A DNA stretch of 64,000 nucleotides from Dictyostelium discoideum (taxonomy: Eukaryota). The notes under the pieces are model-generated. The model was given only the letters and a program-made list of their open reading frames with translations. It searched no databases and was not told the DNA's origin. Shown in pieces: positions 40,579 through 52,728 of this stretch; the stretch's first letter is position 1, and each line of letters begins with the position of its first letter. The stretch is taken from assembly GCA_000004695.1 (NCBI GenBank), contig CM000151.3, positions 5,248,001 through 5,312,000 on the forward strand, in the 5' to 3' direction. Made by a program: the position numbers and the translations under genes.

Positions 40579-40668
40579 GCCCGTGTCGTATAGTGGTTAT
40601 TATATCTGTCTTGTACTTGTTACAAAAGCGATAACAGAGGGTCCTCAGTTCGATTCTGAGCTCGGGCA
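40579..40668 (+). tRNA. Intron-containing tRNA gene; by position the anticodon is UGU (Thr). There is a 17-nt intron after position 37; the mature length is 73 nt
   Basis: Acceptor GCCCGTG/CTCGGGC+A73, D-loop AGTGGTTA, anticodon stem TCTGT/ACAGA with loop CTTGTA (U33, A37), intron CTTGTTACAAAAGCGAT complementary to the anticodon region, T-arm CTCAG-TTCGATT-CTGAG, and a T8 terminator immediately 3'. There are two non-Watson-Crick pairs (6:67 U-U and 13:22 U-U), so the isotype is uncertain. Confidence 0.6.
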
Positions 40669-40669
40669 C

Positions 40670-40677
40670 TTTTTTTT
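40670..40677 (+). terminator. RNA polymerase III oligo(T) terminator of the tRNA at 40579..40668
   Basis: A T8 run begins 2 nt after the discriminator base. Confidence 0.5.
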
Positions 40678-42017
40678 AAAAACCATCTTGATGGTCGTCT
40701 GTTCAATTCTTTTAATGAAACTAAATCAAATATTGAATTATATGAATTGGTGAAAGGACTATATTTGGAAGTACCTATTCCGAATTGGAATATAATAATC
40801 TTTCCATGTTAAATTTTATTAATCAGTATATTCTTTGGATCTTTAAAATTGGATCTTTTGGAAGGGATTTTCAAATTTTTACATTTTTGGAAGTTAGCTT
40901 TAGTGCAACACTTTTTTTTACCTGTGAACTTCTAGGGATTTCCTTGAGTCAGCGGTGTTTTTTAAATTGTATTTTATTTTTTTATTTTTTTTTTTTTTTT
41001 TAAATATAAATAAATTATTTCACAGATTTGGATCTTCAGCAATAATTGTTTATTTCGTTTATTTAGATCAGATTTAGATCTTTATTTTGTAAAGATCAAG
41101 TAAAAAATTAATTTATATCTAAAAAAAAAAATATATGGCCATCAATTTGCGATACCACACTGAATTGTTGAACATTAACACAATAATTTATATAAATGAT
41201 TTATTAGTTAAAAATACTCGCCTAAATTATTGCTCATGTTTTTTCAGAATCTTGTAATAGAAAAATATAATAAAATTAAATAAATATATATAAATTAAAA
41301 TAAAGTAATAATAATAAGTTGATGTTATCGAAAATATCTATAATTATAAATGTTTTTTATTATTGAAAATTTTTAATTTTTATATTTGAGATTTAAAATT
41401 ATGTTTATGAGTTTTTCAATTGATTGACATTAAAAACTCACCACGTGGCTTTTTCCAAAAGTCTAATTATATAAACATAAAATATTTTAGTTTGCGAGCG
41501 AGATTGTATCTAATTTATTATCTTGATAAAACATAATTTTATTGTATCAATTTAATTATTACACAATTATAATACAACACTGAATGGTTCTATAAAGCTA
41601 TAAGCTATGACCTCTAGACATTTTTCATATAAAAACACAATAATATCGATATTACACCAGATATGGATTTGTAATCAACTCTACAGTGATGACAAAATTC
41701 AATACTCAATATTAGACTCGATTTTATTCTCAAAAAATGGTATAAATCTGAATCCTGGGGCCACATAAATAATGTAAAAAATTTTAAACTATCAAATTTT
41801 GAGCAATTGAGTATCAATATATTTAAGCTATAACTCCAAAATAATAATAAATATTCTTAAATCAATTTTTTTATAAAAAAAAAAATCTAAACACTTATTA
41901 TTACTAAAGATCTAAATAAGGATTTGGGTCAAATTATTCAAATTATAATTTGCCACTAAAATTTTCCGAGATGACCAAGATTCGAACCTATGCTGTTTGT
42001 TTTATCCATAAAAAAAG

Positions 42018-42088
42018 TGCCGCGACCTGGAATCGAACCAGGGTCAACAGAGCCACAATCTGATGTACTACCACTATACTATCACGGC
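42018..42088 (-). tRNA. tRNA-His (anticodon GUG)
   Basis: The reverse complement reads GCCGTGATAGTATAGTGGTAGTACATCAGATTGTGGCTCTGTTGACCCTGGTTCGATTCCAGGTCGCGGCA, which is near-identical in architecture to eukaryotic tRNA-His (GCCGTGATCGTATAGTGGTTAGTAC...TTGTGG...GGTTCGAATCC...CACGGCA). An A7 run on the plus strand at 42010..42016 gives the oligo(T) terminator. Confidence 0.8.
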
Positions 42089-42188
42089 GAATTTTACAAA
42101 AAGTGTCAAATTTGTGCTTTTTTTGTTATTACCAATTTTTTTACATAGTTTGGTCAATAATCGGGCAGAAACACAAAAATTGTATTAA

Positions 42189-42251
42189 CTAAACCAATCG
42201 AACCAGGGTTATCAGAGCCATAATCTGATGTACTATCACCATACTCACGGC
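42189..42251 (-). pseudogene. Degenerate tRNA-His copy (anticodon mutated to AUG, broken acceptor stem)
   Basis: The reverse complement reads GCCGTGAGTATGGTGATAGTACATCAGATTATGGCTCTGATAACCCTGGTTCGATTGGTTTAG, which shares the D and T arms and flanking sequence with the intact tRNA-His 170 bp upstream. The 3' acceptor strand cannot pair and there is no adjacent terminator. Confidence 0.5.
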
Positions 42252-42526
42252 GAATTTGATGTTTCTATGCCAATAATATATGAATGGTAAAAAATGAAGC
42301 TTTATCAATATTGTTTGTTTAATTAAAGAAAATATAACTAAATTTATTATCACTGTCAAACTGTGTGGGATAGTTTGTTTGATATTAAAAAACAAAAACA
42401 TCCGAGTATTTTATTTAAAAGTCCATAATTTATGATGCAATCTCATATTTATCAAAAAAATTTCACATTTAACTTTAATATCAAAATAATTTAAAAAAAC
42501 AAAAAAAAAAAATATAAATAGTTTTA

Positions 42527-43786
42527 TTAATTTCTTTGTATTCCATTTATTTTAAAGGAGGTAATACTCTTTTTTGTTTGTATTATTTTTTCTATTTCTT
42601 TGGTTAGTTTTTCATCTTCATCTTTAATACCTATTGTTAAACTATTGACCTTTTTGGGAAGAAATGAAAGGGATTCAATGTTTGTAAAGTTTGAACCAAG
42701 AGTTAGTGATGTTACAAATGGTGGAATACTGTTTGCTTTTAAATTTATATTATAATTGTGTAATTGTAAATCTGTTACAGAATAAGGTAGAAATCTTTTA
42801 TTAACAGGTTGTGTAAAATTAAAACCACATCTAAGTACTAATATTGATTCGTTTGGAAGATTAGTGCCATTTTCTTCAATGTTAAATTCATTGCCTAAAT
42901 CTAAATATTTAACAGATTCTGGTATTGAATCAAATTCAAGGTTTTGATTTAATTTATTAAATAAAAGATATTGAACAGATTGTGGTATTGCTCCTGGTAT
43001 TATCATTTTGTCATAAAAAGATAATGAAAGGTAGTTAATATCATTACCAATTGATTCTAATAAATCTGGTTCATTAGTTTCTAATTCTAATCTCTTTATA
43101 TTTGGTGATAAATACTTTTCAAATACTGAATCGCCTTCAATTTGAGTCTAAATATTAAATTTGTAAAAAAAAAAATTAGAATTTGGTTTCTTTCTTAGCA
43201 ATTTGTTTTTAACACTTACATTAGATAAAGATGTAATTAAACTTTCAATACAATGTCTAGCGTTTGTATCATACTGTAAACAATTTTGAATTATATTTTT
43301 AAATGAATTGGATAAGTGTTTTGGTATAGGAGGAATACCTTTATCATCTCTTTTAGACTTGGACAAATCCAAACCAGCCATTTCAATCATTGTACAACCA
43401 ATACAAAAAATATCAGATTTACTACCTGCTTTACCATTTTGTAATTTAACTTCTGGTGCCATATGTGAATCTGTACCTACAAATGAAAAATACTTTGAAC
43501 TCTTTTCAATTTGTTTTGATAATCCAAAATCTATGAATTTTACAATGATTTCATTATTTTTATCTTGAACCAAAAAGATGTGATCACCTTTAATATCACG
43601 ATGAATAACACCTGATTCGTGAATTTTCCTAAGTGCTTTGACGATTTTAATCATTAAAGATTTTATTTCTTCCTCTTCAAATCTTTTATTTGGTTTTTGT
43701 TTTATTAAGTCTGAAATGGATGTGGCATCTTCAATGTATTCTGTATAAATGTATTCCCCAATCTTCCTGAAAATGCTCATTATCAT
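42527..43786 (-). CDS. FNIP-repeat protein kinase (downstream paralogue): kinase C-lobe exon 43220..43786 and FNIP-repeat exon 42527..43147
   Basis: HRDIKGDHIFL, DFGLSK and GTDSHMAPE place this in kinase subdomains VIb-VIII. A GTAAGT donor and a tatttAG acceptor give a 72-nt intron in phase 0. C-terminal FNIP repeats (CGFNFTQPV, LGSNFTNIESL). The first ATG lies after the N-lobe, so the 5' end is unresolved (see findings). Confidence 0.55.
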
Positions 43787-45512
43787 TTAACATATTATCT
43801 GTTGATTGATTAAATGTGTTTAAAGGTGGTGATTTTTTAAAATTAACTATTTTACCATTGATGTTTATTGATGTGATATGCGATGGTATATATTTTTTTA
43901 ATTCCTCTATTTTGATATCGTTTTTGAAACCAAATTTCAAATTGATTATTGATGAAGGAAGATTTGATAATGATTCAAAGTGAGCGAAATTTGAACCAAG
44001 GGTTAGCATTATTATTGATCGAGGGATACTATTAGGTAGTATTTTTAAATTGTAATTGTATAATTGTAGATCTGTAACTGATGAAGGGATGTATCTTTGA
44101 TTAATGGTAAATGTAAATCCAGTTCTTAGTGTTAGTATCGAATCTTCAGGAATTAAAATTCCATACTTTTCAATATCAAATCCATCACCAAAGTCTAAAA
44201 ATTCTGGAAGAGTTAAGTTTATTTCGTTTTGAGAAAATTGATTTAATTTATTAAATACAAGATGTTTAACAGATTGAGGAATTGATCGTTTTTTAAGAGG
44301 ATGGTTGAATGATGGTAGCTTTAAATACTTAATACTGTCTGGTAATATACCTGGATCTAAAGGATAGTTGTATGATTGTAATATTAAGTACTCTACACCA
44401 TTAAATATTACCTTACTTTCAAGTGGTTGATTGTAGGTTGGTAATTCTAAATATTTTATACCATGAAAAGTTGGTGGAACAATTACCTGATTGAAAAGTG
44501 GTAATGTGGTACATTCATTTGGAAGGTAAATTGGTTCTATTGTTTCCACTACGCTGTTTTTAATTACATAGTTGTACAATTCATTGGAATTGAATCTAGC
44601 ATTTGGTTTGATTTGTAAACAATGTTGGATAATGTTTTTAAAATGATTTGATAAATGATCAGGGATTACAGGAATACCATTAATATCTAGCAATTTTAGG
44701 TCACCACCTACAATTTCAATTAATGATGAATCATTAATTTCAAAATGTAATTCTGAATCAAATATGGAATGGTCAAAACCAATTATTTTAATAAAATCTG
44801 TAGGTAACATTTTATCATTTTCATCATAAAGTATAAGAATATTTTGGCATTTAATATCAAAATGAATTATACCCATATCATGAATACTCTTTATTGATTT
44901 TATTATTTCAGTAGCTACAATAAATTGTTCTTTTTTATTTAACTTTCCAAATAATCTAGATAATGGAATTGCTTTATCAATATATTCTAAATAAACGTTA
45001 AAAGTATTATTTCCATCTTTACCATACCCATACAACTTTGGAGAGCATTTGCAAATATTTAAAATATCTATAATCCCGACCTATTAACAATGGGTTAATT
45101 AAATTTATAATGGAGGAAATTTAAAGAGATTTTAAATAAGTATGCTTACATTTTTATGTTTTTTGGTATAATAAACTTTATTTTCTGAAATATTTTTTTG
45201 AGGTTTATATTCTTCATGAATATATTGAATAATTTCCCAGTTTTGTTCGACATGTATTGGGTTATCTGATAATTTGAGATCTCTAACCCTAGTGGTTAAT
45301 GTTTCAGATGTGGGCAATTGTTTATTGCATGGTAAATGGAGACATTCCACACTATTTGGTAATGTTCCTGGTGTGAGTGCTTGATTATAGGATGATAAAT
45401 CGAGACATTCCACACCATTTGGTAGTACTCCTGGTGTGAGTGCTTGATTATAGGATGATAAATCGAGATATTTTACAAAAGGTGAGACTTCGGCGGTAAA
45501 AACAAATTCTTT
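43731..45512 (-). CDS. FNIP-repeat (pseudo)kinase paralogue (upstream copy): exon 43731..45080 and an upstream FNIP-repeat exon 45149..<=45512 with no identifiable in-frame ATG
   Basis: The kinase-like core is ILNICKCSPKLYGYGKDG...HFDIKCQNILI...IGFDHS. The HRD and DFG motifs are degenerate, so it is probably a pseudokinase. It is followed by about eight FNIP repeats. A GTAAGC donor and a ttaatAG acceptor (phase 0) join an upstream exon that contains a 66-bp tandem FNIP-coding repeat. Confidence 0.5.
45345..45480. repeat. 66-bp coding tandem repeat (2.1 copies), each encoding one 22-aa FNIP-type repeat (ECLDLSSYNQALTPGxLPNxV)
   Basis: Near-identical 66-nt units on the plus strand (…gacattccacac[c/t]atttggta[g/a]t[a/g][c/t]tcctggtgtgagtgcttgattataggatgataaatcgag…). 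Confidence 0.8.
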
Positions 45513-45774
45513 TCATGTTGTTGGGATAACTCGAGTTATCTTTTTCAAAAAAAACTTTTTTGTTCAGAATTAATTCAATTATTCACTAATAGTTCCAATA
45601 TTATTTATTCACAACCAAAATAAAAAATATTAAAAAAAAAAAAAAAGAAAAAATTTCAATAATAATTTTTATTTTATTTTATTATTACAACAATTTATTT
45701 AAATAGTTTTTTTTTTTTTTTTTTTTTTTTTAATTTTATATATATATATTTTTAGTTTTTTTTTTTTTTTTTTT

Positions 45775-48700
45775 TTAGTCAGATTTAAAACCACTAGAAA
45801 GACGTTGAGTAAAAGATTTTCTACTAACATGAGAAGTTGATAATAAATTATTAAAATTTGAATCATCATCATTCTCTAATGAAATTGTACTACCACTACC
45901 AGTTGAATTTCTATTTGGATTTGAACTATTTCTATTATGAGATTTTGTTGGAGTATTGTTACCACTACTTGAACCAGTATTATTAATCATTGAGGAATTT
46001 AATTGAATAACTGGAGAACCACTACCACCAAAATTATTACTACTTCCATAGATACTACTATTACTAAGATTATTATTACTACTAGTGCCATTAGAATTTG
46101 AATTTAAAGTTGGATAATAGGAGCCTTCTGGTGGTAAAACACCTAAAGACTCCATTAAATCAGTTAATTGAATATAACCTTGTTCCATTTCTTCTTGGAA
46201 TTCTTGAGAGGATTGATTTTCAACTAAACCTTTATTAATGAATAATGCTTCAGAGCAACTACCCAAAAATAATGATAAACTTTTCTTTAACTTTTTAATT
46301 TGTTCCAATGGATAATTATAGGCACCACTTGTTGGGTCAGTTGCCAAAAATACTCTACAAATTTCCTGTGGACCAATGTTAACTTGTAATCTTAGAGTAC
46401 CTTGAAGTACTTGTTGAAGTGTTTTTGGATTTGGTACTTTTGAACGAACTTCATTTGAAATGGTTTCAGTTCGTTGATCAATGGTTTCAATTGAATTTTC
46501 AATGGGTGACAAGATAACCTCTTGTTTTGAAATCACAGAGATACGTTTCTTTGTATATGGGAAATAGTTTGATGTCTTTAGAATGGTTTTACGTTTATAT
46601 TGTTCAGCGATTGAATTTGCACGACCTGCACCACTTTCAATGAATGGAGTTTCGAAAATGAATCGATTCAAATGAACGATTCTATCGAATGGAGTTCTAC
46701 GACCAACCAATTCCTCCTCAGTAAAGTAGGGTACAACAGAGGTAATTTGAAGATAACATTTGGCAGCATCTTGTTCAATCGATGAAATATCTACAGTTGA
46801 ACCTTCAATGATTACAATTGAATCCTCTGGTACAGAGAGTTTCTTTGAATAAAGTGATTTCAAACGATCTTTAATCTCGACCAATCTTGTAATCTTTGGT
46901 TCTTTATAGATGAATTCTTTACCATTCATCTCTTCAAATCTCTTTCCATAGAGACCAACTCTATAGTATGAACCAAGCATACGAGATTGAGTATTTGTAC
47001 ATTCAACAATTCTCTTGAAAATATCTTGTAAATCACCATGACAACGTGCCAACTCTTGATAATTTAAATGTTCTTCATGAACTGGTAATAACAATTTATA
47101 GACCAAATTTGCAATTTCAAAATATTCACTCTCTTTTAAGAGTAAAATAGCTTCTTGAACCAATTTCAAAAAGAAATCCAATGTAAACGATTGATTATCA
47201 TCGGCTCCATCTTCTTCACGTTCAATGAATGTATGAGATTCCTCTAAAGAGTTTTTATTAATTGCCATGAAATTATTTGAACCATTAATAGTTGGAATTG
47301 GTTTACCAATCAATGATAGATATTCAGCTACCAATGAAGACATATGTAAATAACATTGAGCTGCCTCTACATAATTCTCTTGAGTACGATGGAAATCTGC
47401 TAAACCTTGTAACCAACAAATACGAGTATCAGCATTACTTTTATTATTATCAGCGATACGATGATATAAATCGGCCACCATTTCAGGATCATCACGATGA
47501 TTATTAATCTTTATATTATCAATTACAAATGTATGTAAACGTTTGGTTAGATCTTCAATTTGTTTTGAGAATGATTTAGTACCAGCTTTATCAGCTTGAG
47601 CATAGGCATAGGAATTAATTGTATCCAATGATTTCTTTAAGAAATAATCATCATTGATACTTTTTACTATTGTTGATAAACCAATTGTAACTTGAGTTTT
47701 TGTACGTACGAAATTCTTTTTAGTTTGTTCGAAATTCTTTCTAAATAGAATATAGGTGAATGCTGATGCCTCTTCACGTGTGGTTTGATTCACTGAATTA
47801 CAATGACGAATTACTGCATTACAAAGATCCAAACAGAATGAATTATTATTTTCAAATAATATCTTTGGGAATCTATAAATGAATTGACGTAATGTTGCAT
47901 AAAGTTTTGGTACCAATTGAACTGGTTGATTCTTTTTTAACATTGAATGTAAAAGATTGAATATCTTTTCAATTACATCGAAATAATGTGTTGTTTTAAG
48001 ATCTCTATCGTATTCACACATAAATTCATCAACAACATCTAAAACTACAGATCCAACTTCCAATGCTAAATGACTCTCTAATCTATCATCATAATCTGAA
48101 ATATTAATTTTATTTTGTGCTAATGTACTTTTCATTCTTTTTTCATTTCTAAGTGTACCACTACCTGATGAAACATCTCTTGTTGTACTTGGTGAATAAT
48201 TTGAATTATTATTTTGATTTTGATATCCTGATCCTGATCCATTTAATGATGATGTTGATGTTGATTCAATTAAACTACCACCACTACTACCACTTGAACC
48301 ACTACTTTTTGATGAATAACCTGAACCACTACCACCACCACTACTTGTTACAAATGATGTTGATAATAAATTTGAATTACTTGTACTATTAATTAAAATA
48401 GTTGAAGATGATGGACTACCACTAACATTATTATTATTATTATTACTACTACCAACATTATTATTATTAGAATAATTATTTTCTAAAACACTCTTTCTTG
48501 AATCAACTCTTTTTTCACGTAATGATCTATTATATAATTTTTTACTACCATATGGTGAATTTCTAGAATTTGAATAAAAATCTTCTAAAATTGATTTAGC
48601 AGTTGAAGTACGTAAAGATGTTGAAGATTCAACTTTATCCATTAAAATTTCTTTACCAACAAATTCGAAAATCTCTAAACATTGATTTAAAATATCAAAT

Positions 48701-51667
48701 AATGTTACATATTTTGCTTTTGGTTCTTCACGCCACCAAATCTTTATTAGATTGATATGAATAGTTTTCAAAAGATAAATGAATGAAACTAAAATATTTC
48801 TTTTCATAATAAAAGAATCATCTTTAATATTATCCCAATTATTTACTACAATGGTTAAATAAGGTGTGAAAACACCAACGATTCTTTGTTTATTTGATTG
48901 ATCGAACCATCTTGTATCCATTTCTAATCTTGTTAGGGTATCTCTTAATGAATTTGCAGCATCCATACGAATTAAAGGTATTTTTGAACCAATACCAGCG
49001 CTAATATTATTTAAAAGTAAATCTGAAAGGAAATGTTTTGAAGAGGTTAAAATATTTGTCAACTTTGAGGTTGAATCGATTCTAAATGGTAATGGTATAT
49101 TCAATTGAACGAAATAATCATTTTGGCAAATGATTCTAAGGAATTCGAATTTCAATTCATAGATTTCCATTTCATTCTCACCACCGATTTGATTGTTATG
49201 AGTGAAATCGTTGACTGCACGATCAATGATTTTAAATACATAACCCCGATCAGCTATTGAAACCAAACAAGATATGAAACCTGCTAAACTTCTAATTAAT
49301 TCTTTAGCCAATTTAAAGGTATGTTTTGCACGTGTTGATGATTCCCATCTTAGAATTGAAATCAATTTCGCCAATTGTGGTCTAACACCAACGAATCTAC
49401 CCTTACGAGTTTTATTCTCTTCTCTCTTATTACGTTCAATCAATGATAATGCCATTGATTTATGAATTACTTGAAAGAAGAATCTAGAGAATCTAAGAAT
49501 ATTTTCAGAGTTTTGTTCTTGGAATCTAACCAATTCTAACCATGTTTTAATTAAAACCTCATATGTTGGTAAAAATTCAATATTACTACCTGCTTGATTG
49601 TTTACATTTGAGAAAACATATTTAACATAACGATCCGATATAGTACTACCAACATCATTAACCATTGATAATATTTCACCAATAGTTATAAATGTTACCA
49701 TTGATAACTCTGATGAATGTTGTTGATTTGTCATTAATCTAAATAATTGATTCATTAAAATTGGGAAAAATTGAATTATACATTCTAATTTACTTGATGG
49801 TAACAATTTAATTGATTTAATTAATTGTTCCATTGTTGAATTTGATGGTGATATATTCGTTGTTGTTGTTGTTGTTGTTGTTGTTGTAGTTGTTGAATTA
49901 TTATTATTATTATTATTACTATTTGATAAATTTTGAGATGAAATTGTTGGTGAAGTTAAAATTGAAGGTGAAGTTACTGATGGTGTTGAAGTTGGAGTTG
50001 GTGATAAACTTGGTGAAGCTAAACAATTATTTATAAATGAAAACTGTGAAATATTATTAAAGAAACTATTTAAATAATCATCAGTTGAATGAATGGATGA
50101 TACTAATTTTGAACGTACTTGAAAGATTGGTTTCTTATTATCAATATATTTGATTGTTGCCTCTTGATCACGTCTAGTATAACGTGATGGGAATTCATAA
50201 GCCAATGGTAAATTGAAAACTTCTTCACCAATCATCTTTCCATATTGAATGATTGGTAAAACACCATAAGCCACTGGTTGATCGACTAAATCACCACCAC
50301 CACTACTCTTTTGACAAGCGATATGATAGAATGTGAATAGAATATGTAAAGATGGTGATGGTGATAATGGTAATCTAATCTTAATTTCATCATTGAAAAC
50401 TGGTGTTTTTGAATGATAGGTAACTTGTGTATACGCTTTGGAATTGAATGATTGAGTTTTACTCTTACCATAGATTGCTTTCAAACCTTCTGGACATAAT
50501 GGATTCTCATCAGTCTCTAATAATTGTATTTTACATGTAAGATTTCTAGCTGCAAATGATCCACTACGATTTGATAAATTCAATGTCTCTGGATATAAAT
50601 AAAGATTATTTACAAATTCTGTATTAATTTCAAATCTTTGATTTGATGAAAATTCATGACATTCTTTAATAATATTTTCAATACCAATATTTGATGGTAT
50701 TTTACCAGGTTGATTAATATTATTATTATTTTGTTCAGTACTATTTTGAGTTGTTGTTGTTGTTGATTGTTGTTGTTGTTGATCTAATTGTGGTAAATCA
50801 ATTTTAATTAAAGAACTATTTAAAATAAATTTTTTATTATTTAAATAAGGTGATTGTTGATCATTTGGTAAAATTTCTTTAATATCAACTAAACACTGAC
50901 CAGGAATAATTTTTAATTTCTTTGCAGAAGCACTTTTTGAACCTTCTGATAAAGTTGAATCCAACATTGAAGAATCAGTCATTTCTGAACGATGACGATA
51001 GAGTGGACGAATTGGGGTATCTTCACCTACACCCTCTTCAAAAACTGGTACACAACCCCAACAGAAAGCTTGTCTAAATGCACCCAATCTTGTGCAAGAT
51101 GATTTAATTGATTCTTTGAATTTATCCTTTTCCTTTTCTTTCAAGTTCATTTTAATGTATGGTTCAGAATGATCCTCTAAATCACCGGTTAAAACTTTTT
51201 CAACCTTAAGTATCAAATAAATATTCTCCAACTCTGATGAAGATCGGGCGGTAACATTAAATATTGCAGATTTTGCCAATGTTACATCATCGACAACCAC
51301 ATCTTTTGATGAGGCACCCGATGAAGTTGTTATATGACTAGTGGTCATTTTAAAGGATTTATCATTGATGAAATCGAAATAGAATGTCTCTGATAATCTT
51401 GCTTTCTTTTGAATATCATATAAATACATTGAACAATAGAATGGTTCAGGTTCATCATCACCATCCCAAAATTTAAATGATAAATCTTTGAATGTAACTT
51501 GAATAATTCTTTTCTTTTCTTTTTGATATGGTGTTGGTTCTTGATATTGTACAGTTGGTTCTGATAATGTAAAATATGAATATAATCCAAATTCTGTATT
51601 ATTATTTTCACCATTATTATTATTATTATTGTTATTACTATTATTATTATTTTCACCATTATTATTT

Positions 51668-51701
<34 letters not shown>

Positions 51702-52728
51702 TGTTAATTAAAACTTTCTCCTTTCTAAATTGTCTTTCTAAATAATGTAAATGTAATTTATCAGGTTTATCAGTTTTAAGTGTATTTTGAATTTGAAATT
51801 GATGTTGTTGTGATAAATAATTAACTTCTTTAAGATTTTGTTGTTGTTGAAATTGTAATGCTGCCATTTGTTGTTGTTGTGGTGTTTGTTGTTGTGGTGC
51901 TAATTTGGCTTCTAATGCTGCTTCCGATGCTATCTTTTGAGCTTGTGATATACTAATATTAACATTACTATTTAAATTATTAATATTTACAATTGGTTCC
52001 GTCTTAAACTCAATTCTTTCCTCTGTCAATTGATGTACTATTGCACCTGGTGTTTCGTTTTTATAATAATTAAATGTTTTCAATGATTTCCATGTATTAT
52101 TTGAATAAAATTTAATACAATCATCAATATGTTGATTCTTATTTTCTTTATAATCCTATAAATATTTTTAAAAAAAAAATAATTAATAATTAATAATTAA
52201 TAATAAAAAACAACAATTAATAATAATTATTATTATTATTTTTAAAATACAAACAAATGGATTAGATTTAATTCTATTTTCTTTTGGTAAATTTTCAATT
52301 TGATTTTGTGTTGCATCATCAGGGATTACAACTAATTCTCTAGAGACTTCTCTATTGATTTCTTTAGATTCATAGTAATATCTTTCGAAATCGAATGGAT
52401 AATCTTCTTCTTTTTCAATTTCATCCTCTAATAGAATCGATGGGATTTGTCTTGTATTTCTCTTTTGGTAGTTTTCATTATATTGTGCCAAGTCACTGGT
52501 TGAATTTGATACTGAAACATTACCACTACTACCACCACCACCATTGGATATTGATGATGTTGATGATGATGCTGATGATATCGATTGTGATAATATTGAT
52601 GAGTTTGGTGATGATGATGACATTGAGGTTGGTAATGTTTGACTATTACTTGATCCTGTTAAATTCATACTACTACCACCTGTCGATTTTCTACTCTTTA
52701 AAAATGTAGAAACTTTTTTACCTTCCAT
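45775..52728 (-). CDS. DOCK-family Rho/Rac guanine-nucleotide exchange factor (DHR-1 C2-like and DHR-2 catalytic domains); exons 52255..52728 and 45775..52155 (~2284 aa)
   Basis: DHR-1 region: ...NRSGSFAARNLTCKIQLLETDENPLCPEGLKAIYG...PVFNDEIKIRLPLSPSPSLHILFTFYHI... DHR-2 region: ...ICWLQGLADFHRTQENYVEAAQCYLHMSSLVAEYL...PYFTEEELVGRRTPFDRIVHLNRFIFETPF. Exon 1 (the Ser-rich ORF 52183..52728) joins through a GTTTGT donor and a ttatAG acceptor (99-nt intron, phase 0). Confidence 0.8.

Noticed and set aside
40579-40668. Reading the plus-strand tRNA as tRNA-Tyr(GUA), the usual intron-containing isotype
   Set aside because: That register puts a pyrimidine at position 37 and loses the 5-bp anticodon stem. 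The UGU register gives U33, A37 and a perfect TCTGT/ACAGA stem.
43700-43790. A tiny intron (GTTAAAT...tttcAG, 25 nt) that would fuse the two FNIP-kinase ORFs
   Set aside because: It is far below the minimum intron length seen elsewhere in the window (65 nt or more) and has a weak donor.
45132-45413. Using the track ORF 45132..45413 as an independent small gene
   Set aside because: Its 3' end runs through a GTAAGC donor into intron sequence. In frame it is the upstream FNIP exon of the kinase gene, not a separate gene.
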